Assembly (NCBI GenBank): GCA_002503055.1 | Contig: DAQX01000008.1 | Location: 81,439-145,438 of the forward strand | From: Euryarchaeota archaeon UBA86 | GTDB lineage: Archaea; Thermoplasmatota; Poseidoniia; Poseidoniales; Thalassarchaeaceae | Direction: 5' to 3' | DNA length: 64,000 nucleotides | In this document: positions 9,996-20,710 of the stretch, in pieces | Layout of the letters: each line of letters opens with the position of its first letter | How positions within the stretch are numbered: the stretch's first letter is position 1 | Notes under the pieces: generated by a model | Database searches by the model: none | Told to the model about the DNA's origin: nothing | Seen by the model: the letters and a program-made list of their open reading frames with translations, nothing else | Translations under genes and position numbers: made by a program

Positions 9996-11156
9996 GTGCC
10001 CGAGCCAGTGATTTGCGCATATGCTCGTACTCCGATAGGGAAGTACAGAGGCTCGCTATCTGGGTACAGTGCCTCGGAACTGGGAGCAAGGGCAGTTGAG
10101 GAACTCCTGAAGAGAGCAGGAATTGAGCCATCTAGTGGAATAATCGACCAGGTATACATGGGCCAAGTTCTACAGGCAGGAGAAGGACAAGCTCCTGCTA
10201 GGCAAGTTGCAATGAAAGTAGGCATGCCAGTCTCCACCCCTTGCACTACCGTCAACAAAGTCTGTGGATCAAGTCTCAAGGCGGCGATGATTGCAGCGAC
10301 TGAAATCAGAGCCGGAGTATCTAGAATCGTAGTCGCGGGCGGAATGGAGTCGATGACCAACGCCCCGCACCTTGCTCGTAATGTCAAGAAAGGAGAGGGA
10401 GTTTCCTACTCGAATCTTGAGTCGGTGTTGATGCATGATGGTCTGCAAGACGCATTTACAGGAGAATCAATGGGCAATACTGGTGAGACGGTGGCGATTG
10501 AGTATGACATTAGTCGCGAGCAATCTGACGCATTTGCTATTCGCTCACATGCCCTTTCGAACAAGGCCTGGGAAGAAGGCTGGCTTGATGAAGAGGTGTT
10601 TCCAGTAGGCGAGCTTGTTCGAGATGAGGGTATTCGTCCGGGTTCCGATATGGAGACTTTAGGCTCACTAGGGACGGTTTTCAAGAACGATGGTCAAGTT
10701 ACAGCAGGTAACTCGAGCCAAGTCTCAGACGGTGCCTCTGCAGTACTAATTGCATCCGAAGAAGCAGCAGCGGAACTAGGCCTACCCATTCTAGCCAGAA
10801 TTGTCGGCTACGCAACCTCTGGCGTCGAGGCGTACAGAGTGATGTCTGCTCCTATTCCCACTGTTCAAAAATTGCTTGAACAGACTGGCAGGACAATGGA
10901 TGAAGTCGACATCTTAGAGCACAATGAGGCATTTGCTGCGGCCTCGTGTGCGATACAGACTTCGTTGGGCGTCTCTGAAGATCGTTTCAACCCTCACGGC
11001 GGTGCCGTAGCTATTGGACATCCACTTGGTGCAACAGGCACTCGTTGCCTGATGACTCTAGTCAATGCACTAGGGCGAACTGGTGGTAAATGTGGTATTG
11101 TAACCATCTGTCTGGGCGGGGGCAATGCTGTCGCAATGATGGTCGAGAGAGATTAG
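9996..11156 (+). CDS. acetyl-CoA C-acyltransferase (thiolase)
   Basis: NKVCGSS, NEAFA, GHPLGATG and CLGGG motifs; GTG start inferred. Confidence 0.93.
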   Translation: MPEPVICAYARTPIGKYRGSLSGYSASELGARAVEELLKRAGIEPSSGIIDQVYMGQVLQAGEGQAPARQVAMKVGMPVSTPCTTVNKVCGSSLKAAMIAATEIRAGVSRIVVAGGMESMTNAPHLARNVKKGEGVSYSNLESVLMHDGLQDAFTGESMGNTGETVAIEYDISREQSDAFAIRSHALSNKAWEEGWLDEEVFPVGELVRDEGIRPGSDMETLGSLGTVFKNDGQVTAGNSSQVSDGASAVLIASEEAAAELGLPILARIVGYATSGVEAYRVMSAPIPTVQKLLEQTGRTMDEVDILEHNEAFAAASCAIQTSLGVSEDRFNPHGGAVAIGHPLGATGTRCLMTLVNALGRTGGKCGIVTICLGGGNAVAMMVERD

Positions 11157-11222
11157 TCAGGTCAATTTTGACTTCGAATGGCGGTCATAGGCCTTATTTG
11201 GGGGTCTCCGGTCGCCGGGCCC

Positions 11223-11477
11223 ATGGTAAAGCCCGCAAGACCCCACACTCGCTTTGAGAAGGCTCGGATAATTGGTGCTAGGGCACTTCAGATTAGCATG
11301 GGTGCACCTCTCTTTGTTTCAGAGGACGAGTTGCGCGACCATTTCAGTGACGAGTTGATTCAACTCTACGGTGTCGAAGAGGCACAGTGGAGAGTAGTAC
11401 TAGACCCAAACAAGATTGCAATGCTTGAGTATGAGCAGAATCGCATACCCATCGATGTGGACCCCCACAACGAGTGA
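11223..11477 (+). CDS. rpoK: DNA-directed RNA polymerase subunit K (Rpo6)
   Basis: [21 protein letters not shown] signature. Confidence 0.92.
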   Translation: MVKPARPHTRFEKARIIGARALQISMGAPLFVSEDELRDHFSDELIQLYGVEEAQWRVVLDPNKIAMLEYEQNRIPIDVDPHNE

Positions 11478-11527
11478 TGTTGTAGACTGGTCAAGTCTAT
11501 TTGTGTCGGCCCGGAGGCTTCTTCGGG

Positions 11528-12568
11528 ATGAGTAGTTTTTCCGCTAAGGACTGTAGGCGGCTAACGGCCGGTCTCGTTGTCATCACATTCCTTGTGATTG
11601 CTCTGGGTGGCCTAATCAGAATCTACGATGCTGGTGAGTCGTGTCCAGACTGGCCAACCTGTTTTGGTACATGGGGATTCGATGTCTCTGAGGCCGATCA
11701 AGAGTCTTGGTACGAAGACAATCCCGATGAGGTAGACTCTAGAGGAGCGGGGCATCGTTACACAACTTTCCAGATTTTCACCGAGTGGGCTCATCGAGTT
11801 CTGGCGGGAGCGGTTTTGGGACCGTTGGTGCTTGCTGGTTGGTTTCTATTTAGACAGGTGGAGAAGTTTGGCTCGGAAGTCAGGCTGGCTTCTACGGTTT
11901 CTGTTGCTCTCATCATTTGGCAAGGTGCAATCGGCTGGCTGACCGTGAGGATGGATAACGAGCACTGGAGTGTGGCACTACATCTGGGCTCGGCTCTTGC
12001 CTTCATGCTAAGCTTGGTTTGGCTCTGGTTAGCACAGTCACGTGATATCGACACGCTTCCTGATTGGATTGACTTTGAGTCAGAAAACGCCTCAGTATGG
12101 GGGCCGAGATTACTCTGGCTCTCCCTATTTGCACTAGTCAGTCTGTTCTCGGGGGCATTTGTGTCCACTACCAGTGGAGCAAACTCTGGATGCGGGGTGG
12201 ACGGATTGTACGACTCATGGCCACTTTGCCAGGGAGAGTTAGTGCCAGAAATCCATGACTGGGTGTTGCAATCTCAGGCAATCCATAGATTCCTAGTTGC
12301 TGCAGTCGGTGTGGCTTTACTCGCTGTATCTCGGTTTGCTTGGAAGGAATTGGGCTCAAACAGTAATCTGTCTCGCTGGATTTTGGCTTCTACAGCACTT
12401 TACATGGTGAATATGCTGATAGGGGCCCTATACATCCTATCTTGGGATATGAGCGAAGGATTCGAGGAGTGGCTCTCACTTTTCCACCTACTCCTCGCCT
12501 CTCTTTCGTTCTTGATTCTCTCAACTGCATATGTCGGTTCGATAACGACTAAGGAGGAATCAGTATGA
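11528..12568 (+). CDS. ctaA: heme A synthase (COX15/CtaA)
   Basis: CPDWPTC, EWAHR, second Cys pair (C...WPLC) and IHR; about 8 TM helices; upstream of ctaB. Confidence 0.88.
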   Translation: MSSFSAKDCRRLTAGLVVITFLVIALGGLIRIYDAGESCPDWPTCFGTWGFDVSEADQESWYEDNPDEVDSRGAGHRYTTFQIFTEWAHRVLAGAVLGPLVLAGWFLFRQVEKFGSEVRLASTVSVALIIWQGAIGWLTVRMDNEHWSVALHLGSALAFMLSLVWLWLAQSRDIDTLPDWIDFESENASVWGPRLLWLSLFALVSLFSGAFVSTTSGANSGCGVDGLYDSWPLCQGELVPEIHDWVLQSQAIHRFLVAAVGVALLAVSRFAWKELGSNSNLSRWILASTALYMVNMLIGALYILSWDMSEGFEEWLSLFHLLLASLSFLILSTAYVGSITTKEESV

Positions 12569-13578
12569 GTTGGCGAAGTTATGTTTCATTGACTAAGCCG
12601 AGAGTGGTTGTCTTGCTACAGATAACTGCGCTGTGCGCTGTTTTGGTGCACGACAGGATGTACAAACAGTTGGGTATTGAAACTGCGGAAACGATGTTGA
12701 TTGTTTTCGTTGGAGGATATCTTAGTGCCGGTGGCGCTAATGCAATCAACATGTGGTACGATAGAGATATTGATCCACTGATGACACGAACGGAGAGTAG
12801 GGCGATACCTTCTGGCGAGGTCTCAGCGGAGTCGGCTCTCGCTCTGGGTGTATTGCTCTCGATTGCAGGAGTATCTTGGTTCTGGATGCTATCGAACGAG
12901 GTTGCTGCTTTCTGGTCTGCATTCAGCATCCTGTTCTATGTCTTTGTGTACAGCATCTGGCTCAAGCGTTCGACCCCTCAGAACATAGTAATTGGAGGTA
13001 TAGCCGGTTCTACACCGCCCGTGATAGGCTGGGCGGCGGCCGAAGATGGGCTTACAGTAGTGACTGATTCGGCCCAGATTATGCTGGAATCGTTGATCGA
13101 TTTGGGAAGCCCGATGCCGTGGTTCATGTTCCTGCTCATCTTCCTCTGGACACCTCCTCACTTCTGGGCACTAGCGCTGTATCGTTCAGAGGAGTATGGG
13201 AGAGTAGGAGTCCCGATGATGCCCAATGTGAAGGGCCCGGAAAGAACTCTTAGAGAGATGAAAATATACACAATAATTCTACTACTCTTGTCAATGAATG
13301 TACCATCATACCACGAACTGACAGAAAGTAATGCGTTCTATTTCATTCTAGTAGGCAATGTGACCTTGCTTTCCCTATGGTACGCTAACTCGGTATGGAA
13401 GATCGACCTAGAAGAGGAGCGGGATGAAACAGGTAGAATTCCAACGGCCGCTCGTTCGTTCTTCATCTCAATGCTTTACCTTGCCCTGATGTTCGTGGTT
13501 CTAGTCACAGCCAGTTTTGGTGTTACAGGGGCTGTTTTGGGAGCGGGCATAAGCCTGTTCGCAATCTTACGCAGCTAA
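12565..13578 (+). CDS. ctaB: protoheme IX farnesyltransferase (heme O synthase)
   Basis: LTKPR, N.WYDRDID..M.RT..R, NIVIGG and FLWTPPHFWAL motifs. Confidence 0.93.
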   Translation: MSWRSYVSLTKPRVVVLLQITALCAVLVHDRMYKQLGIETAETMLIVFVGGYLSAGGANAINMWYDRDIDPLMTRTESRAIPSGEVSAESALALGVLLSIAGVSWFWMLSNEVAAFWSAFSILFYVFVYSIWLKRSTPQNIVIGGIAGSTPPVIGWAAAEDGLTVVTDSAQIMLESLIDLGSPMPWFMFLLIFLWTPPHFWALALYRSEEYGRVGVPMMPNVKGPERTLREMKIYTIILLLLSMNVPSYHELTESNAFYFILVGNVTLLSLWYANSVWKIDLEEERDETGRIPTAARSFFISMLYLALMFVVLVTASFGVTGAVLGAGISLFAILRS

Positions 13579-13654
13579 GCTTGTCGATAATCTACCACCC
13601 CGATGGTTTCAAACGCCTACCGCACCATGGCGGAGCGGTTAGAGGGGTGCGGTA

Positions 13655-14908
13655 ATGGACGAGCATGGCCTGATATACGACTGGAACACAGTCGATTACG
13701 AGATTGAACGTGACTCTGTCAATCATCCACACGAGTTGTGGTTCGATGATGAAACCCTGAGAGATGGCCTTCAGAGTCCAAGCGCTAGAAACCCAGAGAT
13801 TGAGCAGAAATTGGAGTTAATTGACTACATGGAGGCCCTTGGCATACAGAAGGTAGACCTAGGACTTCCTGGAGCAGGTCCCTTTCATGTCGGCCATATC
13901 GATGCAATGCTTTCTCACATGGGAGAGAATGGATACGAATTGCGACCTGGTTGCGCGGTCCGCACCGTAGTAAGCGATATTGAGCCGTTAGTTGAACTGC
14001 AAGCCAAGCACGAGAGGCAGATACAGGCTAGTGCGTTTCTCGGCACCAGTCCTATCCGCCAATATGCCGAGGGTTGGACGATGGAGAAAATACTGTCAAC
14101 AGCCGAGAAGGCAGTCACTTTTGCAGTTGATAACGACATTCCGGTGATGTTCGTAACCGAAGACACTACGCGCAGTAAACCGGATGAGATTAAGGAAGTC
14201 TACACCCGTGCTCTCGAGTTGGGTGCAGACAGAATATGTATCTGTGACACCTGTGGCCATGTCACTCCAAATGGAGTTCGCAAACTACTATCTTTCATAC
14301 AAGATGAGGTGATTGTTGACTCAGGGTTCAAGCGACGAGACATCGAAGTAAACTGGCACGGTCATCAGGACAGGGGCCTTGGTGTGGCGAACAATCTAGC
14401 CGCTTACGAAGCTGGCGCAGATGTAATTCATGGCACCGCGCTTGGAGTCGGTGAGCGTGCCGGAAACGCACCTCTAGATCAGACTCTAGTGAATCTGAGC
14501 CTGATGGGTGTCATTAGCAACGATCTAACTATGCTCAACGAGTACATGAAAAAGGCTCACGAATATGTCGAAGTAGCACTTCCTAGGAACTATCCTGTGT
14601 TCGGAGAGGATGCTTTTGAGACTGGTACGGGAGTACATGCTAGCGCTGTAATCAAGGCCATGAAGAAAGGCGATCACTGGCTCGCAGATCGTGTCTATTC
14701 CGGGGTACCGGCAGCCGATTATGGACTTGAGCAAATCATCAGAATTGGACATATGAGTGGTAGATCAAATATTGTCTGGTGGCTGCAGAATAACGGCTAC
14801 GAGGTGTCAGATGAATTGGTCTCTCACATGTTCGAGGTGGCTAAATCACAGCGTCGTCTAATGAGTGATGAGGAAGTTCATGCAGCCATTTCAGAGTTCC
14901 AGAACTAG
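13655..14908 (+). CDS. LeuA-family DRE-TIM metallolyase (isopropylmalate/homocitrate/citramalate synthase-like), no regulatory domain
   Basis: DETLRDGLQ, EDTTR, CDTCG, HGHQDRG and GERAGNA motifs. Confidence 0.85.
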   Translation: MDEHGLIYDWNTVDYEIERDSVNHPHELWFDDETLRDGLQSPSARNPEIEQKLELIDYMEALGIQKVDLGLPGAGPFHVGHIDAMLSHMGENGYELRPGCAVRTVVSDIEPLVELQAKHERQIQASAFLGTSPIRQYAEGWTMEKILSTAEKAVTFAVDNDIPVMFVTEDTTRSKPDEIKEVYTRALELGADRICICDTCGHVTPNGVRKLLSFIQDEVIVDSGFKRRDIEVNWHGHQDRGLGVANNLAAYEAGADVIHGTALGVGERAGNAPLDQTLVNLSLMGVISNDLTMLNEYMKKAHEYVEVALPRNYPVFGEDAFETGTGVHASAVIKAMKKGDHWLADRVYSGVPAADYGLEQIIRIGHMSGRSNIVWWLQNNGYEVSDELVSHMFEVAKSQRRLMSDEEVHAAISEFQN

Positions 14909-14969
14909 TGATTCAACAGGCTCACGACATAGACGAACGGCTAAATGCGGTAGGCGTTCGAGTTCGGGC

Positions 14970-17900
14970 GTGAGAAGCGTCGTCATTGTACTAGTCATGC
15001 TTGTTATGACTCCATTTGGAGGAGTTGTTGCAGGTTCATCCGAACTGCCAGAGGAACTTCGTATCGAGGGCGACGAGATAATGCCAAGCTACTCCAGAGC
15101 CGTACAATTGGCTTTCGACAGAGTGTCTGACTTGAATTCATACACTGACGAGATTCTATCTCAGACCGAGGAGTGGCTGGTAGTGACTAGGGTCCCTATG
15201 GAATTACATCATCTGACCAAGGCAAGCCCTGACACTAGCGAGAAAGCGCCTATTCTATCAGGCGCATTCATATGGAGTTTTGACAATCCTATGGAAGGAG
15301 TAAAGAGACTCGGGATTTCTCTTGAATTGGGTGAAATTGAATCATTCTCGCCGATGGTAGAGAAGAAGCATCAACCGAGACTAGTGCCGAGCGATACTGA
15401 ATTCGATGAACAATGGCATCTTAGCAACACAGGGCAGACCAGTGGAGGAGTCGTTGGAGAAGATATCAATGTAACATCCACTTGGGACACCTATACTGGA
15501 AGAGGGGTCATTATCAGCGTCATTGATGATGGTCTAGATCACAACCATAGTGATATCAGTCCACACTATTCATCACTCTACTCTTATGATTGGTGTGATG
15601 ATGATACAGACCCGAGTCCTTCTCCTTGGAATGGTCACGGAACCGCTGTCGCGGGAGTAGCAGCAGCTGTAGGAGACAATGGTCTTGATGTCACAGGTGC
15701 AGCCTTCGATGCGACAATTGCGGGTTCGACGCTAATCGCTTGCTGGGCAGGGGATGCTACCGAAGCAGATGCGTTGAGCTATGAGAGCGATGACATAGAT
15801 ATCTATACCAATTCATGGGGCCCAGCTGATGATGGTCAAACTCTAGAGGCCCCTGGCCCACTAACTCTAGCTGCCTTCGAGAGCGATGCGTATTCCGGAC
15901 GCGATGGATTGGGTAATCTGATTACATGGGCTGCTGGAAATGGACTTGGCTCGAATGATAACTCAAACTACGATGGTTATGCTAACAGCCGCTTCACAAT
16001 CGCAGTCACTGCGATTAGCCACAATGGTGAGCAATCGTACTACGCAGAGCCAGGAGCTAACATTCTAGTCGCCGCTCATTCGAATGGAGCAGGAGAGGGG
16101 ATTACCACTACAGACATCACTAATTCTGGCGGATACAACAGCAGCGGCAACATCACTCACACTTTTGGAGGCACCTCTAGCGCCACTCCACTTGCCGCCG
16201 GGGTAATTGCTCTAGTTCTCGAAGCTAATACGAATCTGACTTGGAGAGATGTTCAACATGTTCTGGTTAACAGTGCTCGCATGAACGATGCTACCGACAG
16301 TTCATGGACAGTGAACGGTGGTGGGCATGATGTTTCCCACAAGTATGGCTTCGGTGCAGTTGATGCCGGAGCGGCTGTATCTGTGGCTGAGAACTGGACC
16401 AATGTCGGAGAAGAATTGAATGCCACCTATGGGCCCTATTCACCGGGTACCGACATCCCTGACGATTCAACTGCTTGGACAGAGTTCACTACAGTAGTGA
16501 CTGATGAATACTCACTGGAGAGCGTGGATGTAATGGTCGATATCAGCCACACAACTAGAGGAGATTTGGACATAGTACTTGTCTCTCCTTCAGGAACAGA
16601 GTCATGGTTGGCTGAATCGCGTAATGACAATGGCAATCACTACTCTGACTGGATGTTTAGCACTGTGCAACACTGGGACGAGTCATCCTTGGGAACATGG
16701 ACTCTTAAGGTCAGAGATACTGAATCTAGTACAAATGGAACTCTGAACTCATGGGAGATGATTTTGCATGGAGTGGATATAGACTATGACCATGATGACG
16801 ATGGTTTGAGTGATGAAAATGAGACCCTTGTCTATGGTACTGATCCTTACGACGCAGATACAGATGATGACGGATTGAGTGACTATGACGAAGTCATGGT
16901 CTACGGTACTAATCCTCTGGAAATTGACTCTGATTTGGACGGCTTGAGTGACTCTGTCGAAGTTACGACTACTGGAACAAACCCCCTAGACTCTGACAGT
17001 GACGACGACGGCCTGTCTGATGGTGCCGAAGTCAACTTCTGGTTCACAGACCCATTAGTCTACGACCCGGATGACGATTCCGACCTGTTCTACCACTTCA
17101 ATGACTGTGATGATTCTAACCCACTGGTCAATCCAGGGCGCCCTGAATTACTGAATGGAATAGACGACAATTGTGATGACTACATCGATGAGGGATTCAA
17201 CTTCACAGACAGGGATAATGATGGGCTCAAGGATTGGCCAGAATATCATATCCATGGTACAGATCATATGGACTCAGATACAGATGATGATGGATTGGAT
17301 GACGGAGAGGAAGTCAACACCTACTCGTTGATGGGTTCCGATCCGCTGGTCTACGATCCCGACAATGATGCAGACAACTGGTACTGGTTCGAGGATTGTG
17401 ATGATGATGATCCGGACAGATCTCCGGGGGAAGTCGAATTATTGGATGACTTCGACAATGACTGTGATTTCTTAATTGACGAGGATTATTGGGAATTGGA
17501 TTCAGATAATGATGGCCTCACAGACTATGATGAGTATCACAATATAACCACGGACCACCTAGATGGAGACACGGATGGCGATGGCTTGCCCGACGGTCTG
17601 GAATACAACGAATATTCCGAATTGGGGGCTAATCCTCTAGTGCACGATGATGATGCCGATGAAGATGGATGGTATTGGTTCCAAGACTGCGATGATGAGG
17701 ACTTCGACAGAGCCCCACTAAAGCCAGAAGTTTTGGATGGGAAGGACAACGACTGCGACGATGTGGTTGACGAGGATTTCTTTGATATCGATACTGATGG
17801 AGATGGGCTTACTGACTACGACGAATATCACAACTACACTACTGACCCGGGTTTGGCCGATACCGATAGTGATGGAATGTCCGACGGACAAGAAATTACA

Positions 17901-18728
17901 GTAACTGGATCAGATCCAAAGACATTCAACTTCGATACCGACGAAGATGGATTCTATGACTTCGAAGATTGCGATGATACCGTAGGTACAATCAATCCGT
18001 CGGGAACTGAGGCATGGAACGGCAGAGATGATGACTGTAACGAGCAGGTGGATGATGGTTTAGATAGGAAGATTCTGGTCTCGACTACACCCGATTTTAG
18101 AGAGATCAAAGATTGGGACGCTGTCAACGAATCTCTAATTCTTATTGTGGAAAATATTCCAGATTCAGTTGGTGCAACACTGAGTTGGAAACTGGGCGAC
18201 TACACTCTTACTGCAAATGTAAGTGAAGACGGTAAGAGAGTAACTATCCTCCCGATTGACTGTGATTCAGGCGATACTTCTCTAGAGATCTACTTGTGTG
18301 CACAAGGCGAGAGTCCACAACAAGTTTCACTCACAATATCCGAACCGGGAAAGACAACAGAATTGATTTGGGACATTGATATGGTAGTTTGGATTCCACC
18401 TCTGACTTTCTCCGAGATGTTGTTTGAGTTCGTCATTTCTCCGACTGGCCTTGCCGTGACTCTGATTATTGTGGTGGCCCTTGTCGGTGCAGTTGTGCTA
18501 GGCTTGCGTAGAATGGCATACAACAGAAGACTCGAGGACGCGTACAAGGCCTACGATATCAAACCCGGAGAATTCTCGCTCTCTCCTGAATTCCAAGAGT
18601 ATGATCTACCTTCTGCACCTGATCTCGGAGCGATGGTTGGACAGCAGGCAGCTCCCGTGCAACTACCTTCGGTACCTGCTTCACCGGTCAATGACGAGTC
18701 TATTCCTGACATGCCTGATCTAGATTAG
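14970..18728 (+). CDS. membrane-anchored S8 kexin/furin-like serine protease with P domain and Ca/metal-binding repeats
   Basis: Signal peptide; triad DDG, HGT, GTSS; oxyanion AAGNG; LTWRDVQH; P domain; DxDxDG repeats; C-terminal TM. Confidence 0.9.
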   Translation: MRSVVIVLVMLVMTPFGGVVAGSSELPEELRIEGDEIMPSYSRAVQLAFDRVSDLNSYTDEILSQTEEWLVVTRVPMELHHLTKASPDTSEKAPILSGAFIWSFDNPMEGVKRLGISLELGEIESFSPMVEKKHQPRLVPSDTEFDEQWHLSNTGQTSGGVVGEDINVTSTWDTYTGRGVIISVIDDGLDHNHSDISPHYSSLYSYDWCDDDTDPSPSPWNGHGTAVAGVAAAVGDNGLDVTGAAFDATIAGSTLIACWAGDATEADALSYESDDIDIYTNSWGPADDGQTLEAPGPLTLAAFESDAYSGRDGLGNLITWAAGNGLGSNDNSNYDGYANSRFTIAVTAISHNGEQSYYAEPGANILVAAHSNGAGEGITTTDITNSGGYNSSGNITHTFGGTSSATPLAAGVIALVLEANTNLTWRDVQHVLVNSARMNDATDSSWTVNGGGHDVSHKYGFGAVDAGAAVSVAENWTNVGEELNATYGPYSPGTDIPDDSTAWTEFTTVVTDEYSLESVDVMVDISHTTRGDLDIVLVSPSGTESWLAESRNDNGNHYSDWMFSTVQHWDESSLGTWTLKVRDTESSTNGTLNSWEMILHGVDIDYDHDDDGLSDENETLVYGTDPYDADTDDDGLSDYDEVMVYGTNPLEIDSDLDGLSDSVEVTTTGTNPLDSDSDDDGLSDGAEVNFWFTDPLVYDPDDDSDLFYHFNDCDDSNPLVNPGRPELLNGIDDNCDDYIDEGFNFTDRDNDGLKDWPEYHIHGTDHMDSDTDDDGLDDGEEVNTYSLMGSDPLVYDPDNDADNWYWFEDCDDDDPDRSPGEVELLDDFDNDCDFLIDEDYWELDSDNDGLTDYDEYHNITTDHLDGDTDGDGLPDGLEYNEYSELGANPLVHDDDADEDGWYWFQDCDDEDFDRAPLKPEVLDGKDNDCDDVVDEDFFDIDTDGDGLTDYDEYHNYTTDPGLADTDSDGMSDGQEITVTGSDPKTFNFDTDEDGFYDFEDCDDTVGTINPSGTEAWNGRDDDCNEQVDDGLDRKILVSTTPDFREIKDWDAVNESLILIVENIPDSVGATLSWKLGDYTLTANVSEDGKRVTILPIDCDSGDTSLEIYLCAQGESPQQVSLTISEPGKTTELIWDIDMVVWIPPLTFSEMLFEFVISPTGLAVTLIIVVALVGAVVLGLRRMAYNRRLEDAYKAYDIKPGEFSLSPEFQEYDLPSAPDLGAMVGQQAAPVQLPSVPASPVNDESIPDMPDLD
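16780..18060 (+). repeat. intragenic protein-level repeats (DxDxDGLxD..E...GTDP alternating with DCDD..P...E..DG.DNDCD)
   Basis: Repeated motifs in the translation; four Cys-containing units; boundaries approximate. Confidence 0.8.
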
Positions 18729-20125
18729 ATCCAATTCGGGTCTGCCTCGTCGGCCTCTTCCTCGGCCGCGCTCTCTTCATCAAGACTCCATTCTGCATCT
18801 GGAGAACCTCCTGACCACTCGCCTTCAACGGAAATGTCCTCGATCTCGTCATCCTCTCTCCAAGGAGGCTCTCCATCCGAGCCGCTAGTAATCAGGCAAC
18901 CTTCTTCATCGAGTCTGGTTCGGAGTGTCTGCGTTCCACCGGTCATCGGTAGTAGATGCCCAATAGGAGTTCCTGCAGTCACGAATGGATGTGTGGCAGT
19001 AGAAATCAGCAGCCCTCTTGCTGGCGAGAGAATGTCGAAGTTCTCTCCTGGCCTTTCGGGGTCAGTTACCGTTGCAACTGTCTCACCTTCCTGAATGAAG
19101 CTCCCGGCAGGAGTTAGTACATCCAATAGGCCCCCTTGATCAGATCTGACCCAAACAGAACCAGAAGCAAGAATTCTGAATCTAGGGCGACTAGGATATC
19201 CGGGAATAGCCCTCAGACTTCGCAATACATTCAGAATACCATAGATTGCGACCTGGACAGATTCTGGATCCGCCTCATTTGATCCTCCTCCTTCGTAGGT
19301 TATCGCAGCCACACCCGCATCATTCGCAACCCTCCTCAAGGAACCTCTTGGCCCTTGATTGTCCAGAATTGTCTCGATGCCAAATGCTCTTGCTATTCGA
19401 TTACTCGAGGGGTGTGCTAAATTAGCCCGAATCTGTGGCATGTTGGTTCTACCTACGGCAGCGGTATGCAAATCGATGACATGGTCGCTGGTCGAGATAA
19501 TTTCATTCCAAAGCCTATTTGCTACTCTTGAAGTCGTATTACTATCGGGCTTTCCGGGAAAACCTCGATTCAAGTCTCTTCCATCCGGCATGTACCTGCT
19601 CTGGCGTCGATAACCAGGAAGATTGACCACTGGGATGATACGTAATGTTCCAGCCATCGCTGCAGGATCTATTGCCTTATCCTCGCCGATGAAATTGGGG
19701 CCACTTAGGTAAGTCAGTGCTAATGGCCCGACCAATTCATTACCGTGGATAGCGCCTAGTAGAGTCACCACCGGGCCTGGCCTAGCTCCATGAATGACAG
19801 TAATCGGGATTGGCCAAGATTCTCCTATATCCACATCAATCAAGTCATATTCGATTTGTCTAATTGTCCCCGGACTGATTCTCTTTCTGAGGAATCTGTG
19901 AAACTTCGGGCCGTCCTTTCGCGACCATCTTGCAGGAGTTCCCTGATTATCCTCAAGGGCTTTTTCAATCTCCTCCCTCCTACTAGGAGGAATTTGATTT
20001 GATACCTTCAGAGGCTTTGACCGTCTACGCTTTGGACGGGTTGGGGAACTCCCGGATTTACCCGAGATATCATCGTCGTCCGAACTGGAAGAGGTGCTAG
20101 GCACTTTAGCGCGGAGAGGGTTCAC
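18725..20125 (-). CDS. succinylglutamate desuccinylase/aspartoacylase (M14) family protein
   Basis: HGNE, DLNR.FPG, DLHT and YEGG motifs; long charged N- and C-terminal extensions. Confidence 0.85.
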   Translation of the reverse strand: MNPLRAKVPSTSSSSDDDDISGKSGSSPTRPKRRRSKPLKVSNQIPPSRREEIEKALEDNQGTPARWSRKDGPKFHRFLRKRISPGTIRQIEYDLIDVDIGESWPIPITVIHGARPGPVVTLLGAIHGNELVGPLALTYLSGPNFIGEDKAIDPAAMAGTLRIIPVVNLPGYRRQSRYMPDGRDLNRGFPGKPDSNTTSRVANRLWNEIISTSDHVIDLHTAAVGRTNMPQIRANLAHPSSNRIARAFGIETILDNQGPRGSLRRVANDAGVAAITYEGGGSNEADPESVQVAIYGILNVLRSLRAIPGYPSRPRFRILASGSVWVRSDQGGLLDVLTPAGSFIQEGETVATVTDPERPGENFDILSPARGLLISTATHPFVTAGTPIGHLLPMTGGTQTLRTRLDEEGCLITSGSDGEPPWREDDEIEDISVEGEWSGGSPDAEWSLDEESAAEEEADEADPNWI

Positions 20126-20189
20126 CGATAAAGCGGATGCGTTTGGGGTTCCTAGGAATTTTCAATTCCTAGTGATTGTTCGATGAACC

Positions 20190-20663
20190 ATGAGAGGCAG
20201 GGGGCCGTCGGTTCAGGAGGAGCATGCTCCAAGCAGTATTTGCTTCGGGTGCGGTCCCGCCAACGAAAATGGATTACGAATCAGATCGTTTCGCTCAGAG
20301 AAAGGATTGGAGATGGAATTCACGCCCAACCATGAGCACCAGGCATTCCCTGGTATGGTTAACGGAGGTATCATCGGCACTCTGTTAGATTGTCATGGAA
20401 ACTGGACTGCTGCGGTAGCCCTCATGGACCAATCCGGGCTGGATGAGCCCCCATGTACAGTTACTGCATCATACTCGATTAGTCTTAGGCGCCCGACTCC
20501 TCACGGAGTAACTCTCAGAGTCACATCCGAGATAGTAGAGATTGGAGAAGATCGGGCCAAGGTGAGCATGGCTCTGAGTGCTGAGGGCAAAATCTGCGCT
20601 ACCGGCGAAGGTTTGTTTGTTGCAGTTAAGGAAGGTCACCCAGCCTTCCACAGATGGAATTAG
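20190..20663 (+). CDS. PaaI/hotdog-fold thioesterase
   Basis: CFGCG..N..GL and NGGIIGTLLD motifs. Confidence 0.85.
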   Translation: MRGRGPSVQEEHAPSSICFGCGPANENGLRIRSFRSEKGLEMEFTPNHEHQAFPGMVNGGIIGTLLDCHGNWTAAVALMDQSGLDEPPCTVTASYSISLRRPTPHGVTLRVTSEIVEIGEDRAKVSMALSAEGKICATGEGLFVAVKEGHPAFHRWN

Positions 20664-20710
20664 GGCTGATTACACGGCATCCTTTAGAACGGCCGAGGTT
20701 AAGGGCTAAC

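Noticed and set aside
16780-18060. Repeats as a DNA-level element
   Set aside because: Degenerate at nucleotide level; explained by protein repeats
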